Notes: generated by a model not told the origin, from the letters alone. Shown: positions 9,406-19,390, counted from the first letter of the stretch. The stretch: 64,000 bases of DNA from Candidatus Binataceae bacterium (GCA_030038355.1 JASHPB010000273.1:85221-149220), one strand, 5' to 3'. Numbers and translations: made by a program.

Positions 9406-10203
9406 ATGCCCAATCAGGCGGCCGAGCACAAGCAACTCATCCGCGAAGAATTCACCCGCCAGGCCGACGCATTCGCCGCTTCGCCGACGATCAAGAACCC
9501 CGATCGTATCGCGATACTGGTCGATTCGGTCAATCCGGGCCCGACGACGCGCGTGCTCGAGATTGCGACGGGGCCGGGCCATATCGCGCTCGCGTTCGCG
9601 CCGCGATGCGGCGAAGTTGTGGGCATCGATCTCACCGCAGCTCCGCTCAAGATCGCCGAGCGGATGCGCGCCGAGCGCGGCATCATCAACGCCCGCTTCA
9701 TCCAGGGCGACGTCGAGGGCCGCTTGCCGTTCGAGGACGACGAATTCGACGCGGCGGTCTGCCGCTTTTCGTTCCATCACTTTCAGAATCCTGCCGCCGT
9801 GGCCCGTGAGATGGCGCGCGTATGCCGCGCCGGTGGGCGTCTTGTAGTCGAGGATATAGGAGCGAGCGAGCATCCCGAACGGGCCGCCTATCACAATAGG
9901 TTCGAGTTGCTGCGCGATACTTCGCACACCCGATTCCTCCCGCTGAGCGACTTGATCGCGATCATCGCGGCGGCCGGTCTCGAGATTTCGAGTGTCAGGA
10001 CCGACGACATCGCAAATCCCGTCGAGCGATGGCTCGCGACGAGCTACACACCTGATGACAAGGCGGCCGAAGTGCGCGCGATGATCGAGCGCGACATCCG
10101 CGAGGACTTAAGCGGCACTGACGCGAGGCGCATCAACGGCGAGCTCTACTTCACGCATCGCTCGGCGATTATCGTCGCGCGAAAACTCGCTCCGCGCGCG
10201 TAG
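9406..10203 (+). CDS. Class I SAM-dependent methyltransferase (UbiE/COQ5-type)
   Basis: The start is taken at MPNQAAEHK, which has an AGGAGAG Shine-Dalgarno. The SAM-binding motif VLEIATGPGHIA is present. The long upstream extension in the ORF track has no Shine-Dalgarno. Confidence 0.85.
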   Translation: MPNQAAEHKQLIREEFTRQADAFAASPTIKNPDRIAILVDSVNPGPTTRVLEIATGPGHIALAFAPRCGEVVGIDLTAAPLKIAERMRAERGIINARFIQGDVEGRLPFEDDEFDAAVCRFSFHHFQNPAAVAREMARVCRAGGRLVVEDIGASEHPERAAYHNRFELLRDTSHTRFLPLSDLIAIIAAAGLEISSVRTDDIANPVERWLATSYTPDDKAAEVRAMIERDIREDLSGTDARRINGELYFTHRSAIIVARKLAPRA

Positions 10204-10329
10204 TCGACTACTCTACTCGTTGTTGGAGTTCGCGCGCCAAATTGACATATTGGCCCGCGCCGCTCGACGGTTGGTGCTGGTGAAGGGGGAATGCGCGCCT
10301 GCCGAGAGCTTATCGACCGAGATCAGGAT

Positions 10330-10822
10330 GACGATACGGGACGGATGAATGAGGCTGGATACGCGCTGCTCCGAACGCACGAAGGCCGCATCCCGCACGC
10401 CTAAGACGATGCAAACGACCAGCCCGTCAATCCGGGGTGCACGTGTACGGAACGCTGACGCTGCCGGTAACCTATGGGCACACGGGCACGATGTCTATCC
10501 CGGTCTCACCAGCCGCAAGCAGCTCGGGTGCCCGTCAATGACGTCAACGCGGTGGTAGCCGAGATCAGCCGCCTGATCACAGCGACCTTGAATGAGAATC
10601 AGTGCTCGGCGTGCGTCTGCCTCACCTTCAATATCGGACCCACGACTTCTCCGGAAGCTCGGCGCTGCCAATCGGGGAGATTTGGCCGACGTGCTGGCCC
10701 ACATTGCTCTCTGGGATAAGACGACGGTCAACGGACACCTCGTGACGAGCCCCGGATTGCTAAACCGGCAAAACGCGGGCGATCGCACTCTGGAAAACCC
10801 CGATTGCCGGTCCTGCGAGTAG
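10330..10822 (+). pseudogene. Phage-type lysozyme (GH24) pseudogene with frameshifts
   Basis: Three consecutive plus frames carry collinear GH24 motifs. The first is LLRTHEGRIPHA followed by RGARVRNADAAGNLWAHGHDVYPGLT, which matches the fEGxRLxAYxDxxGxxTIGyGHT pattern. The second is NQCSACVCLTFNIGPTT, matching NQfdALvSFaFNvG. The third is DPRLLRKLGAANRGDLADVLAHIALWDKTTVNGHLVTSPGLLNRQ, matching STLLRKLNAGD...LRWdkAGGkvlpGLvrRR. The catalytic Glu position is substituted. Confidence 0.6.
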
Positions 10823-10867
10823 TTAAGGCTTCGGGACCTGTGAGGCGGCCGCTCTTAGGCAGACCCT

Positions 10868-11050
10868 CTAGAACAGGTAAGCAGGGGAGATCGACCCGAA
10901 CGCGTCCAGCAATAGCCGATCGATAGTTTGTCGCCGGCGAGGCCGCGGACACCGAAGGCCGAACAGCCGACTGTACGCCGACCTTATGAACCTGTTCAGT
11001 CGCTGACGCTGCGCTTGCTCGATTTCTGCCGCTTCAGTGATGGTAGTCAT
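10868..11050 (-). CDS. Small hypothetical protein (60 aa)
   Basis: ATG start with a GAGAGG Shine-Dalgarno 7 nt upstream, reading MTTITEAAEIEQAQRQRL. It sits inside the gene-poor island that holds the lysozyme remnant. Confidence 0.3.
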   Translation of the reverse strand: MTTITEAAEIEQAQRQRLNRFIRSAYSRLFGLRCPRPRRRQTIDRLLLDAFGSISPAYLF

Positions 11051-11171
11051 TTGGAAGCCTCTCTCGCCCTTCGTCTCTCACCTTCAAGGCGTAAAAAAGA
11101 CTTGAACAAAGATAGTTCCATGGAAATGAACGTCGATTTCGTGGAAGCTTCGCTACCCGGGAGCCCCCAAG

Positions 11172-12047
11172 TCACAATCGCTCCGCCATCCGCACCGCAC
11201 CTTCTCTCGGCGGAGCGTCGCGCCCCCGCTGACGAACCCATACCTGGGTAAATTCCACTCCAAGCAGCAGGATGAGCGCGGAGTAGTACGCCCACATCAG
11301 GAGCAGGGCGAGCGAGCCGGCGGCGCCGTAAGCGCTCGCCTTGCCCGCATGCGCAAGGTAAATCGCGATCAGGAATTTCCCGATCACGAACAACACGGCG
11401 ATAAACAGGCCGCCGATCCAGACATCAGTCCATGCGAGGCGCACGTCGGGAAGGACTTTCAAAATCGTCCCAAACAGAAACGCGAACATCACCAGCGACG
11501 CCACCATCTCGCCAGCGTGGGCTGCGCCCGCAAACGGCAGCATCCTGGCGAGGGCGGAAATCACGGAGCTCGCCGCCAGCGAAATCAGCGCGAGAATTCC
11601 AACCCCCACCAGCAGCAGGCCCGAGCGTACCCGCTTCATCGCGAAATGCCTGATGCCGGAGCCGACCACCTTAACCTTCCAGGCTTTGTTGAGGCACTGC
11701 TGGAGCTGCATCAGTACGCCGGTCGCGGAAACGATCAGCCCGATAATCCCAAGTGCGGTGGCGAGCAGTCCGCCGGTTCGATTGTTCGCGACGCCACTAA
11801 CCATGGTCTGGATTTGCCCGGCCGCTTGAGGTCCGATCGCGCCGCTCAAGCGGGCCTCGATCTCGCCACTCGCGGCTTTCGGACCGAGGACGAGGCCGGC
11901 GATGAAAATGATGATCAGAAGCAAGGAAGGGAGTGCGAAAAGCGTCGCGTAGGCCAACGCCGCCGCCATCGAGGGGCACTCATCACCGCTGAAATCGCGA
12001 AACACCTGTAGAACGAACTCGCGCGCAAGTTTGAGCATGTTGGTCAT
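11172..12047 (-). CDS. YihY/BrkB family inner-membrane protein
   Basis: A multi-pass membrane protein with a YihY-like N-terminus (ECPSMAAALAYATLFALPSLL). The start may be the second ATG, nine codons in, given the GGAG spacing. Confidence 0.85.
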   Translation of the reverse strand: MTNMLKLAREFVLQVFRDFSGDECPSMAAALAYATLFALPSLLLIIIFIAGLVLGPKAASGEIEARLSGAIGPQAAGQIQTMVSGVANNRTGGLLATALGIIGLIVSATGVLMQLQQCLNKAWKVKVVGSGIRHFAMKRVRSGLLLVGVGILALISLAASSVISALARMLPFAGAAHAGEMVASLVMFAFLFGTILKVLPDVRLAWTDVWIGGLFIAVLFVIGKFLIAIYLAHAGKASAYGAAGSLALLLMWAYYSALILLLGVEFTQVWVRQRGRDAPPREGAVRMAERL

Positions 12048-12328
12048 CTCCAGTGTTCAGCGATACTGAATCGCGTGACAGCGCCAGAAGGGAACAGCCG
12101 CAAGCTCGAACAATTCTGGAGCTCAGCTCAGTCAGGTAAATGAGCTTGGCGATCCAGAGGTCTCGCGTCGGCAGTAAAAAACAGGTCGGCGAGCATGGTC
12201 GCGCCGGTTACGAGTTCGCCGGCAAGGATGCTCTCGATACTTTCGTCCCAAAGCGCGCGCCGAAAGTCTGAATCGAGGGCGATGCGAATCTTAATAGTTC
12301 GCTTGAAGTTTTGTGTCGGCAGCAGGTT

Positions 12329-13507
12329 CTACTTCCTCTCAGAGAGCAGCGTCAGCACGCCGGAGTATTGCAGCAGGCCGGTCGCGCCGCCGACCGGGCC
12401 GATCTCGAAGCCCGTGAAAAAGCCGCCGAGCGCGATCGCGCCGAGCGTTCGCCGGATATATGCCGAGTCGTGCCCCGGCATGCCGTAAAGCCCTGCGCCC
12501 CGTGACACGCAATCGAAGTACAGCCCGAGCGCAGGCGGCGCCGGTATCCGCTCGGGTAGCTCTTCAAGCATCGCTTTAAGATCTTGCCGTGCCCGCGCGC
12601 CGTCGCGCAGCACTAAGCCGACCATGTCGCCGACCTTCGGCTGATGCGCCACCGCGATGACGCCGTGCTCCTTGCTGGTGCCGACGATATTGCGCACGAG
12701 GTAGCTGCCGCGCTCGAGCTTCTCCACGCCTGCCTTGAGCGGCACGGCGAGGAACACGAAGGTGAGCGCGCGGCGGAGGTCGCTCGCCAGCGGACCTGCT
12801 GCCTCGGCGAAGACCTCGAACGCCGGGCGCCCGTCGAGCTCGATCAATACGTTGTCGCGTGCCGCGGTGACCCGATGCGCAGCGCCGATCGGCGTGCAGG
12901 CGAGCGAGCTCGCGGTGGTGATATTGAATTCGCCCGCGAGCAGCATCCCCGCCACCGCGTTCGAGCTCACGACGTCGCCGCAGAACTGGAACGTTTCGCC
13001 GATTGTGCCGTCTTCGCTCGCGCCGCCGCCCGCGATCACGGCCTCGGGCACTTCCGCCTTCAGCGTTGCCAGAAACTGTTCCGCGTCGAGGTTGTAGGTA
13101 TCAGGGAAAACGCAGAGCAGGTTACTTGCGCCGAGGGACGGCCTAATCGCGCCAGCGATTTCGGTGGCGGCCTCGCGAGAGCGGCCACGCAGCGACGGGA
13201 CGAAAAAGCGTCGCGCAGTCAGCGCGTCGCCGCCGATCACGATCACGGCGAGCGCGTGTCCGCTCTCGACCTCCTGCTCGTTGGCGATCACGCCCATGCT
13301 GGAGCAGCCGGCGACTTCGCGCGTGCTGGCCTGCTCCGCGACCATCCGCAGGATCATCGGATACGCCGCTCCGTAGGCGCTTGTGGCGAAGCAGAGCGCG
13401 CCCTCGGCCCGGTCGAGTCCGGCCTGCGCGAGCGCAGCCGCAGTCGCCTCGCTGGCAGCAGTGCGCGGGTTCAACGCGCTCGAATTTCCGACTCCCGCAC
13501 GCAGCAT
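12329..13507 (-). CDS. FIST-domain sensory protein (FIST N plus FIST C)
   Basis: A 392-aa ORF. It begins 11 nt after the M20 peptidase stop, and a GAGG Shine-Dalgarno sits in that spacer. Confidence 0.8.
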   Translation of the reverse strand: MLRAGVGNSSALNPRTAASEATAAALAQAGLDRAEGALCFATSAYGAAYPMILRMVAEQASTREVAGCSSMGVIANEQEVESGHALAVIVIGGDALTARRFFVPSLRGRSREAATEIAGAIRPSLGASNLLCVFPDTYNLDAEQFLATLKAEVPEAVIAGGGASEDGTIGETFQFCGDVVSSNAVAGMLLAGEFNITTASSLACTPIGAAHRVTAARDNVLIELDGRPAFEVFAEAAGPLASDLRRALTFVFLAVPLKAGVEKLERGSYLVRNIVGTSKEHGVIAVAHQPKVGDMVGLVLRDGARARQDLKAMLEELPERIPAPPALGLYFDCVSRGAGLYGMPGHDSAYIRRTLGAIALGGFFTGFEIGPVGGATGLLQYSGVLTLLSERK

Positions 13508-13517
13508 CCTAGCCTCG

Positions 13518-14993
13518 CTACGAACGCTCGCCGAAAATCTCCAGCAGCTCGACCATCCGCTTGATTCCCTCGCTTAGCTCGTTGACTCCGATACTCTCAT
13601 TCAGTCCATGGATACTCTCGGCTTCCGGGGCCGCGAGCTCAACCGGCATGAAGCCATAAGCGATGATCTTCTTCTGGCGGAAGAAATGACAGTCGGTGAA
13701 TCCGGGTAGCAGCAGCGGAGCGACAGGACACTTGTCGGTGTCTCGCGCCAGGGTTTCAATCGCCGTCATCAACTCCGAGCGCGAAGGCGACGACACGGGA
13801 GAAAAGTTCAGCAGCACCTCGACCTTGATCGAATCGTCGCCGATGACCTGCTTCAGGCTCTTGATGAACGCCTGTGGGTCGGAGCCGGGGAGCAGGCGGC
13901 AATCCAGTTCGGCATAGGCAGTTGCCGTCAGCATGTTCGTCTTCGGACTCCCCGAGAGAACGGTCGGTGTGATCGTATCGCGTATCTGCGCGTTCTGAAA
14001 CGGCACCTCGATAAACTTCTTCAGAAACTCGGGGTCCTTCAGCGAAGTATCGAGGTTGTAATACTCCTTGGGGCCGTGCTCGAGCTCCGCTTGCGTGCGA
14101 TATACGTCCTGTACAGGGCCAAGGATCCGAATCGGCGTTTGATAGGCGATCACCTTGTCCAGCGCGCGCACGAGCTTGGTCACTGCGGTGTCCGGCGGCG
14201 GCGTCGAAGGATGTCCCGCGGGGCCTTGAGCAGTGAGGCGAAGCCAAAGTGGCGTCTTCTCGGTCACCGACACGGCATAAAATCTCTTGCCGTTGTCGAG
14301 ATCGCGAATACCGCCGCCCTCATTCAAGAGAAAACCGGCATCCGCATAAACGTTGTGTTCGTGATCGACGAACCATCCCGCGCCGTTCTGGCCGCCGGCC
14401 TCTTCGTCGCCAGTGGCGACGAACAGCACATCGCGATTGAGCAGGATTCCGGCGCGCTTGATTGCAAGCATCGCCATCAGCTCCATCACGCCCATGCCCT
14501 TGTCATCGATCGCGCCACGGCCCCAGACCTTGCCGTCCTTCACCAGTCCTGAGAACGGCGGCACTTTCCATTCCTTGGCGACCGCAGGCACCACATCCAT
14601 GTGACTGAGAAGAATCAGAGCCTTGCTGTGTGTGCCGATCCCGCGCAGCCGCGCCGCGACGATCCCGCGCCCGGGCTGCGGCTCCCAGGTTGTCGCCGGG
14701 ATTCCATTTTCGAGGAATACATCCTTGAGCATCTTGGCCGCGGGCAATTCGTCCCCAGGAGGATTGCTCGTATTGATCTGGATGTACTTGGCAAGTAGGT
14801 TGGTTGCCTCCTGCGTGACTTTGTCCCAGTCAATTTCTTTCGGCGGCGGAGCCTTGCGCACCAGCGACGGATGCCTCGGAGTCACGGAATTGTCCTGCTC
14901 GGCAAGTGCTCGCGACGATGCGAAGCAAATCATCGCCGTGGCAATGGCAAGGAGTGCGATGAATGGCCGCGTCGGCAATCGAGCAGCCTTCAT
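13518..14993 (-). CDS. M20/M25/M40 family metallopeptidase, secreted
   Basis: It has a signal peptide. Typical M20 motifs are present: LSHMDVVP, GAIDDKG and GDEEAGG. The start overlaps the E2 stop by 4 nt. Confidence 0.85.
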   Translation of the reverse strand: MKAARLPTRPFIALLAIATAMICFASSRALAEQDNSVTPRHPSLVRKAPPPKEIDWDKVTQEATNLLAKYIQINTSNPPGDELPAAKMLKDVFLENGIPATTWEPQPGRGIVAARLRGIGTHSKALILLSHMDVVPAVAKEWKVPPFSGLVKDGKVWGRGAIDDKGMGVMELMAMLAIKRAGILLNRDVLFVATGDEEAGGQNGAGWFVDHEHNVYADAGFLLNEGGGIRDLDNGKRFYAVSVTEKTPLWLRLTAQGPAGHPSTPPPDTAVTKLVRALDKVIAYQTPIRILGPVQDVYRTQAELEHGPKEYYNLDTSLKDPEFLKKFIEVPFQNAQIRDTITPTVLSGSPKTNMLTATAYAELDCRLLPGSDPQAFIKSLKQVIGDDSIKVEVLLNFSPVSSPSRSELMTAIETLARDTDKCPVAPLLLPGFTDCHFFRQKKIIAYGFMPVELAAPEAESIHGLNESIGVNELSEGIKRMVELLEIFGERS

Positions 14994-16225
14994 CGCTCGC
15001 CGTAGTTCAGGATTTCGATCACAGTCTGAAGGAACTCTGCCGCAGGCGCCCCGTCGATCACGCGATGGTCAAATGTGAGGCTTAAGGTGAGCATCGCACG
15101 GCGGGTGATTTCGCCGCGATAGATTGCGGGCTTTTCGACGATTCGGCCGACGCCTAGGATTCCGGTCTCGCCAGGGTTTAAAATCGGCGTGAACGCGTCG
15201 ACACCGTACGTCCCGAGGTTGCTGATCGTGAACGTGCCGCCGTGCACGTCTTCGAGCCGAAGCCTCGATGCGTGCGCCTTCTCGGCGAGCGCCCGGCTCT
15301 CGACCGCGATCTCGCGGAGCGCGAGGCGATCAGCACTGCGAATCACGGGTACGATCAAACCTTCGTCGAGCGCGACGGCGATTCCGATATTGACCTCGGG
15401 GACTGAAATGATCACTTCGCCCTCGAGCCTAGCGTTCATCCGCGGATGCTTCAGCAGCGCGCGGGCGCACGCATGAACCAGCATGTCGGTGTATGTGAAA
15501 TCGAAATCGCGGGTGAGACGAGCGCGAAGCTCGGTCGCGGGCGTCACATCGGCTTCGGATGCGATCGTCAGCTGCGCGGATGTTTGCAAACTCTGATGCA
15601 TGCGCTCGGCAATCACCTTGCGCGCGCCACGCATCGCCGTACGCTTCGCGCCGGGCGCGGCAGTAGATGCGCGCGCCTGCGGCGCGGGCGCCGTCTTCGC
15701 TGCGGCCGGCGCCGCGCCTTCGCTGGCGGCGTGCTCGACGTCCTCGCGCGTCACGCGGCCACCGGGTCCTGTACCCGCAACGCGCGCGAGATCGACTCCG
15801 AGCTCTGCCGCGAGCTTGCGCGCGATAGGGCTCACGGCGCGGCGTGAGCCCACGCCTTGCGCTGTTGCAGAGGCGTTAGCCCCCGCATACGCAGCTGCAT
15901 GAGGGCGATGTGCGGCATGAGCATGATTGGAGACGGGCGAGGTCGCGGCGCGCCGATAGCGCGCCGCGACCTCGCCCACGTCCTCCCCGGGCTCGGCAAT
16001 CACGGCAACTGCGACGCCGCACTCGACGATCGCACCTTCATCGAAGAGCGCGACGGCGAGCGTGCCGCCCGCGGGCGATTCGACTTCGTAGAGAATCTTC
16101 TCGGTCTCGACTTCGTAGAGTGGCTCGCCCTGTTTGACGCTCTCACCCGGCGACTTGAAGAAGCGCTGGATCGTCCCCTCGTGCATCGTGAGCCCAAACT
16201 TGGGCATGGTCACTTCAACCGCCAC
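14990..16225 (-). CDS. 2-oxo-acid dehydrogenase E2 component (dihydrolipoamide acyltransferase)
   Basis: A lipoyl domain (EVETEKILYEVESPAGG) is followed by an E3-binding segment and then the catalytic domain with DHRVIDG. The inter-domain linker is unusually rich in His and Ala. Confidence 0.9.
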   Translation of the reverse strand: MAVEVTMPKFGLTMHEGTIQRFFKSPGESVKQGEPLYEVETEKILYEVESPAGGTLAVALFDEGAIVECGVAVAVIAEPGEDVGEVAARYRRAATSPVSNHAHAAHRPHAAAYAGANASATAQGVGSRRAVSPIARKLAAELGVDLARVAGTGPGGRVTREDVEHAASEGAAPAAAKTAPAPQARASTAAPGAKRTAMRGARKVIAERMHQSLQTSAQLTIASEADVTPATELRARLTRDFDFTYTDMLVHACARALLKHPRMNARLEGEVIISVPEVNIGIAVALDEGLIVPVIRSADRLALREIAVESRALAEKAHASRLRLEDVHGGTFTISNLGTYGVDAFTPILNPGETGILGVGRIVEKPAIYRGEITRRAMLTLSLTFDHRVIDGAPAAEFLQTVIEILNYGER

Positions 16226-16339
16226 AACTGGCCGCTTCCTTTCTTTCTATGCCATCGCTCGAATTGCGCCCTCGAGGGATTGATAGCTTGGCAATGCACT
16301 CATTGTTTCACGTTCGCCACAGTGTCAATTTCCATCCCA

Positions 16340-16527
16340 TCATCCTGAGCGCAGGCTTCCGAGCGAAGGATCTCGCGCGGTGCTTGCGCGCAATTTCTGC
16401 GCGAACAATTGAGCGTTTGGCGGATACTCGCGTGTCGGCGGTCGTCGAGCGTTGGTTGCCCCACCGACAAACCCGGGCGGGCGAGACCCTTCGACTCCGC
16501 TCGACGTCTCGCTTCGCTCAGGATGAC
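16340..16527. repeat. MITE-like repeat, copy 1, with 12-bp perfect terminal inverted repeats
   Basis: TCATCCTGAGCG at 16340-16351 is matched by CGCTCAGGATGA at 16515-16526. The interior holds a GCGAGAC/GTCTCGC stem and the palindrome TTGCGCGCAA. It is related to the second copy at 42143-42298. Confidence 0.5.
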
Positions 16528-16588
16528 CCAAGCCACGAATCCCGCGATCTCTGTCGAATCGTTCGTCCAATGAGTAGCTCCAGACTCT

Positions 16589-17560
16589 TCAGCGGCCCAT
16601 CAGGTCGCGAATCGCCGCTTCGATCCGATCCTCGCCGGGAATCGCCGCCTTCTCGAGCGGCGGGCTGAATGGGATCGGCACGTCGAGCGCGGTGACGCGT
16701 TTGATCGGCGCGTCGAGATGATCGAAGCCCTGCTCGGCGATCAGCGCGGCGATATCCGCTGCAGCGCCGCCACGTAGATGACCCTCGTCGGCGATCACGA
16801 CGCGGTTGGTCTTTTCAACCGACTCGAGCAGCGCCGTTTCATCGAGCGGAATCAGCGTGCGCGGATCGATAACCTCGACCGAGATACTTTCCTTGACGAG
16901 TTTGTCGGCGACCCTGAGCGCCTTCGGCACCATCGCTCCAATCGCGATCACAGTGACATTGTCGCCGGCGCGTTTAATGGCGGCTTTTCCGAGCGGTACG
17001 AGATGGTCACCCTCGGGGATTTCCTCGCGAAGCCGCCCCAGCGCGCCGTGCTCGAAGACGATCACGGGATTGTCGTCGCGAATCGCGCTCTTTAAGAGTC
17101 CTTTCATATCCGACGGGCTCGAGGGCACGACCAACTTGAGGCCAGGGACGCTCAAGAATTGTGCATAGACGGTTTCCGAGTGCTGCGCCGCCGCGCCGCC
17201 CATCGCGCCGTATACCGCGCGGAACGTTATCGGCAGGCTCGCCTGGCCGCCCGACATGTAGCGGAGCTTCGCCGCCTGATTACATACCTGATCGAACGCG
17301 CAATAGAAGAAGCTCGCGAACTCGACCTCGCAAATCGGGCGTGCTCCCGCCATCGCAGCGCCCACCGCCGCGCCGACGAAGCCCGCCTCCGAGATCGGAG
17401 TATTGCGCACGCGCGACGGCCCGAACTTGTCGATGAGTCCCTTGGTCGCGCCGAACGCGGCCAGCACGACGTCCTCGCCCATCAGGAAGGTGTTCGGGTC
17501 GCGCCTCATCTCTTCCGAAAGAGCCTGGTTGATCGCCTGGATAAAATTGGTTTGCGGCAT
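16589..17560 (-). CDS. 2-oxo-acid dehydrogenase E1 component, beta subunit
   Basis: A 323-aa ORF typical of the transketolase-like E1 beta family (MPQTNFIQAINQALSEEMRRDPNTFLMGEDV). Confidence 0.9.
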   Translation of the reverse strand: MPQTNFIQAINQALSEEMRRDPNTFLMGEDVVLAAFGATKGLIDKFGPSRVRNTPISEAGFVGAAVGAAMAGARPICEVEFASFFYCAFDQVCNQAAKLRYMSGGQASLPITFRAVYGAMGGAAAQHSETVYAQFLSVPGLKLVVPSSPSDMKGLLKSAIRDDNPVIVFEHGALGRLREEIPEGDHLVPLGKAAIKRAGDNVTVIAIGAMVPKALRVADKLVKESISVEVIDPRTLIPLDETALLESVEKTNRVVIADEGHLRGGAAADIAALIAEQGFDHLDAPIKRVTALDVPIPFSPPLEKAAIPGEDRIEAAIRDLMGR

Positions 17561-17576
17561 GATCGTTACCTCCGCG

Positions 17577-18550
17577 CTAGGCGAACACGTCGTCGGTTAC
17601 TTCGCTCGCGGCGGGCAGCTCGCTCGAGCGTGCGAACGCGATCGCCTCGTCGAGTTCCTTCTCCGTCTCGGTGACGATTCGCTGCAGCTCGCCGGCGTCG
17701 ATCTTCTTATTCTCAGCGCACCATTTCTCGAAGCGGATGAGAGGGCACTTGAGCTTCCACGAATCGACTTCTTCCTTGCTGCGATACGCGTATTCACCGA
17801 GGATCGCGGCCTCGCCGACGACGTGACCTTCCCACCGATAGGTCTTGCACTCGATCAGCGTGGGACCTTCGCCGGCGCGGGCGCGTGCTACAGCTTCGCT
17901 CGCAACCTTGAAGACTTCGAGCACGTCGTTGCCGTCGACGATCACGCCCGGCAGGTCGTGGGCGCGAGCGCGCACTGCGATGTCGCTGACTGAAGTGACC
18001 GTGCGCATCGGAGTGAACTCACCGAAGCCGTTGTTCTCGCAAACGAAGATGACGGGTAGTTTCCACACCGACGCGAGATTGAGCGACTCGTGGAAGGTGC
18101 CCTCGTTCGAGGCGCCGTCGCCGAAGAAGCACGCGGTCACGTCGTCGCGGCCCGCGACCTGCGCCGCGAGCGCGGAGCCCGTCGCGATCGGGAGGCCGGC
18201 GCCGACGATTCCGTTTGCGCCCAAAATGCCGAGCGAAAAATCGACGATATGCATCGAGCCGCCCTTGCCTTTGCAGTAGCCGCCGCGCTTGCCGTAAATC
18301 TCCGCCATCATCTTGTCGAGGCGCCCGCCCTTGGCAATCAGATGACCGTGGCCGCGATGGGTCGAGGTGATGCGATCGGTTTTGCGGAGCGCTGCACAGA
18401 TTCCGGCGGCGCTTGCCTCCTCGCCAATCGACACGTGGACGAAGCCAGGAATTTCGTTGGCGGTCGCGAGGTCGCGGATTTTCGATTCGAAATGACGGAT
18501 CCGCTGCATCGAGCGGTACATCTCGAGCAGCTTGTCCTTTGTAATATCCA
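17577..18550 (-). CDS. 2-oxo-acid dehydrogenase E1 component, alpha subunit (TPP-dependent)
   Basis: The start is at MDITKDKLLEMY, which has a GAGGAGG Shine-Dalgarno 6 nt upstream. The TPP motif GDGASNEG is present. The 55-codon upstream extension in the ORF track has no Shine-Dalgarno. Confidence 0.9.
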
Positions 18551-18664
18551 TTGGCTGCCTCCTCGAGGGCGCGTGGCGACGGCGTTTAGCTCCAGCGAGC
18601 CGAAAACTATTCCGCTTCGCTGAAACCGTCAAACGCGGTTCGTTCGCGAGCGCCGCGATGCTAG

Positions 18665-19390
18665 ATGAAATCCGTGGCCCTCGTGGCGACAACATCGAAG
18701 CCGCTATCGAAAACACGGGCCAAGCATCCCCCGCTCACGCCCGCGACGATCGGCAGCGTGATGAAAGTTCTGCGTCGCGAAGCACCCAAGTGGAATGCGC
18801 CGATCGTGAGCTTCATCGCTGTGCAGTCGCGCGATCCATTCAAGACGCTGATTGGGTGCATCCTGAGCCTGCGGACTAAGGATGAAACCACCGCGCTCGC
18901 AGCGGCGCGGCTCTTCGAGCGGGCAGCGACTCCAGAGGCGATGCTCGCGCTGAGCCGCAAGACTCTTGAGCGCCTCATCTATCCGGTGGGCTTCTATCGC
19001 ACCAAGGCGCACGTTATTCGCGGAATCTGTCGCGACCTTATCGACAAGTTCGAAGGCCTGGTGCCCGATGACCTCAGTGCGCTGCTCACGCTGAAGGGCG
19101 TCGGGCGCAAGACAGCGAACCTGGTGGTGACCGAAGCATTCGGCAAGCCGGGGATCTGCGTCGACACGCATGTGCATCGCATTTCGAATCGATGGGGCAT
19201 CGTGAAGACGAAAACGCCCGAGCAGACCGAGATGGCGCTGCGCGAGAGTTTGCCACGGCGGCATTGGCTCGAATACAACGGCATACTTGTAGCCTTCGGG
19301 CAGACAATTTGTCATCCAACGTCGCCCTGGTGCTCACGATGCAGCATCGCCGAGATTTGCCCGCAAATCGGAGTAACGCGCTCGCGCTGA
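18665..19390 (+). CDS. nth: Endonuclease III (HhH-GPD base-excision glycosylase with a 4Fe-4S cluster)
   Basis: The HhH-GPD motif ([15 protein letters not shown]) is present. A C-terminal Cys cluster reads [17 protein letters not shown]. The true start may be the MKVLRR Met at about 18761. Confidence 0.85.
   Translation: MKSVALVATTSKPLSKTRAKHPPLTPATIGSVMKVLRREAPKWNAPIVSFIAVQSRDPFKTLIGCILSLRTKDETTALAAARLFERAATPEAMLALSRKTLERLIYPVGFYRTKAHVIRGICRDLIDKFEGLVPDDLSALLTLKGVGRKTANLVVTEAFGKPGICVDTHVHRISNRWGIVKTKTPEQTEMALRESLPRRHWLEYNGILVAFGQTICHPTSPWCSRCSIAEICPQIGVTRSR

Noticed and set aside
10600-10800. Possible group II intron or structured-RNA start (a GTGCG motif) in the gene-poor island
   Set aside because: The sequence is better explained as a frameshifted GH24 lysozyme. 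No domain V-like hairpin and no reverse-transcriptase ORF were found.
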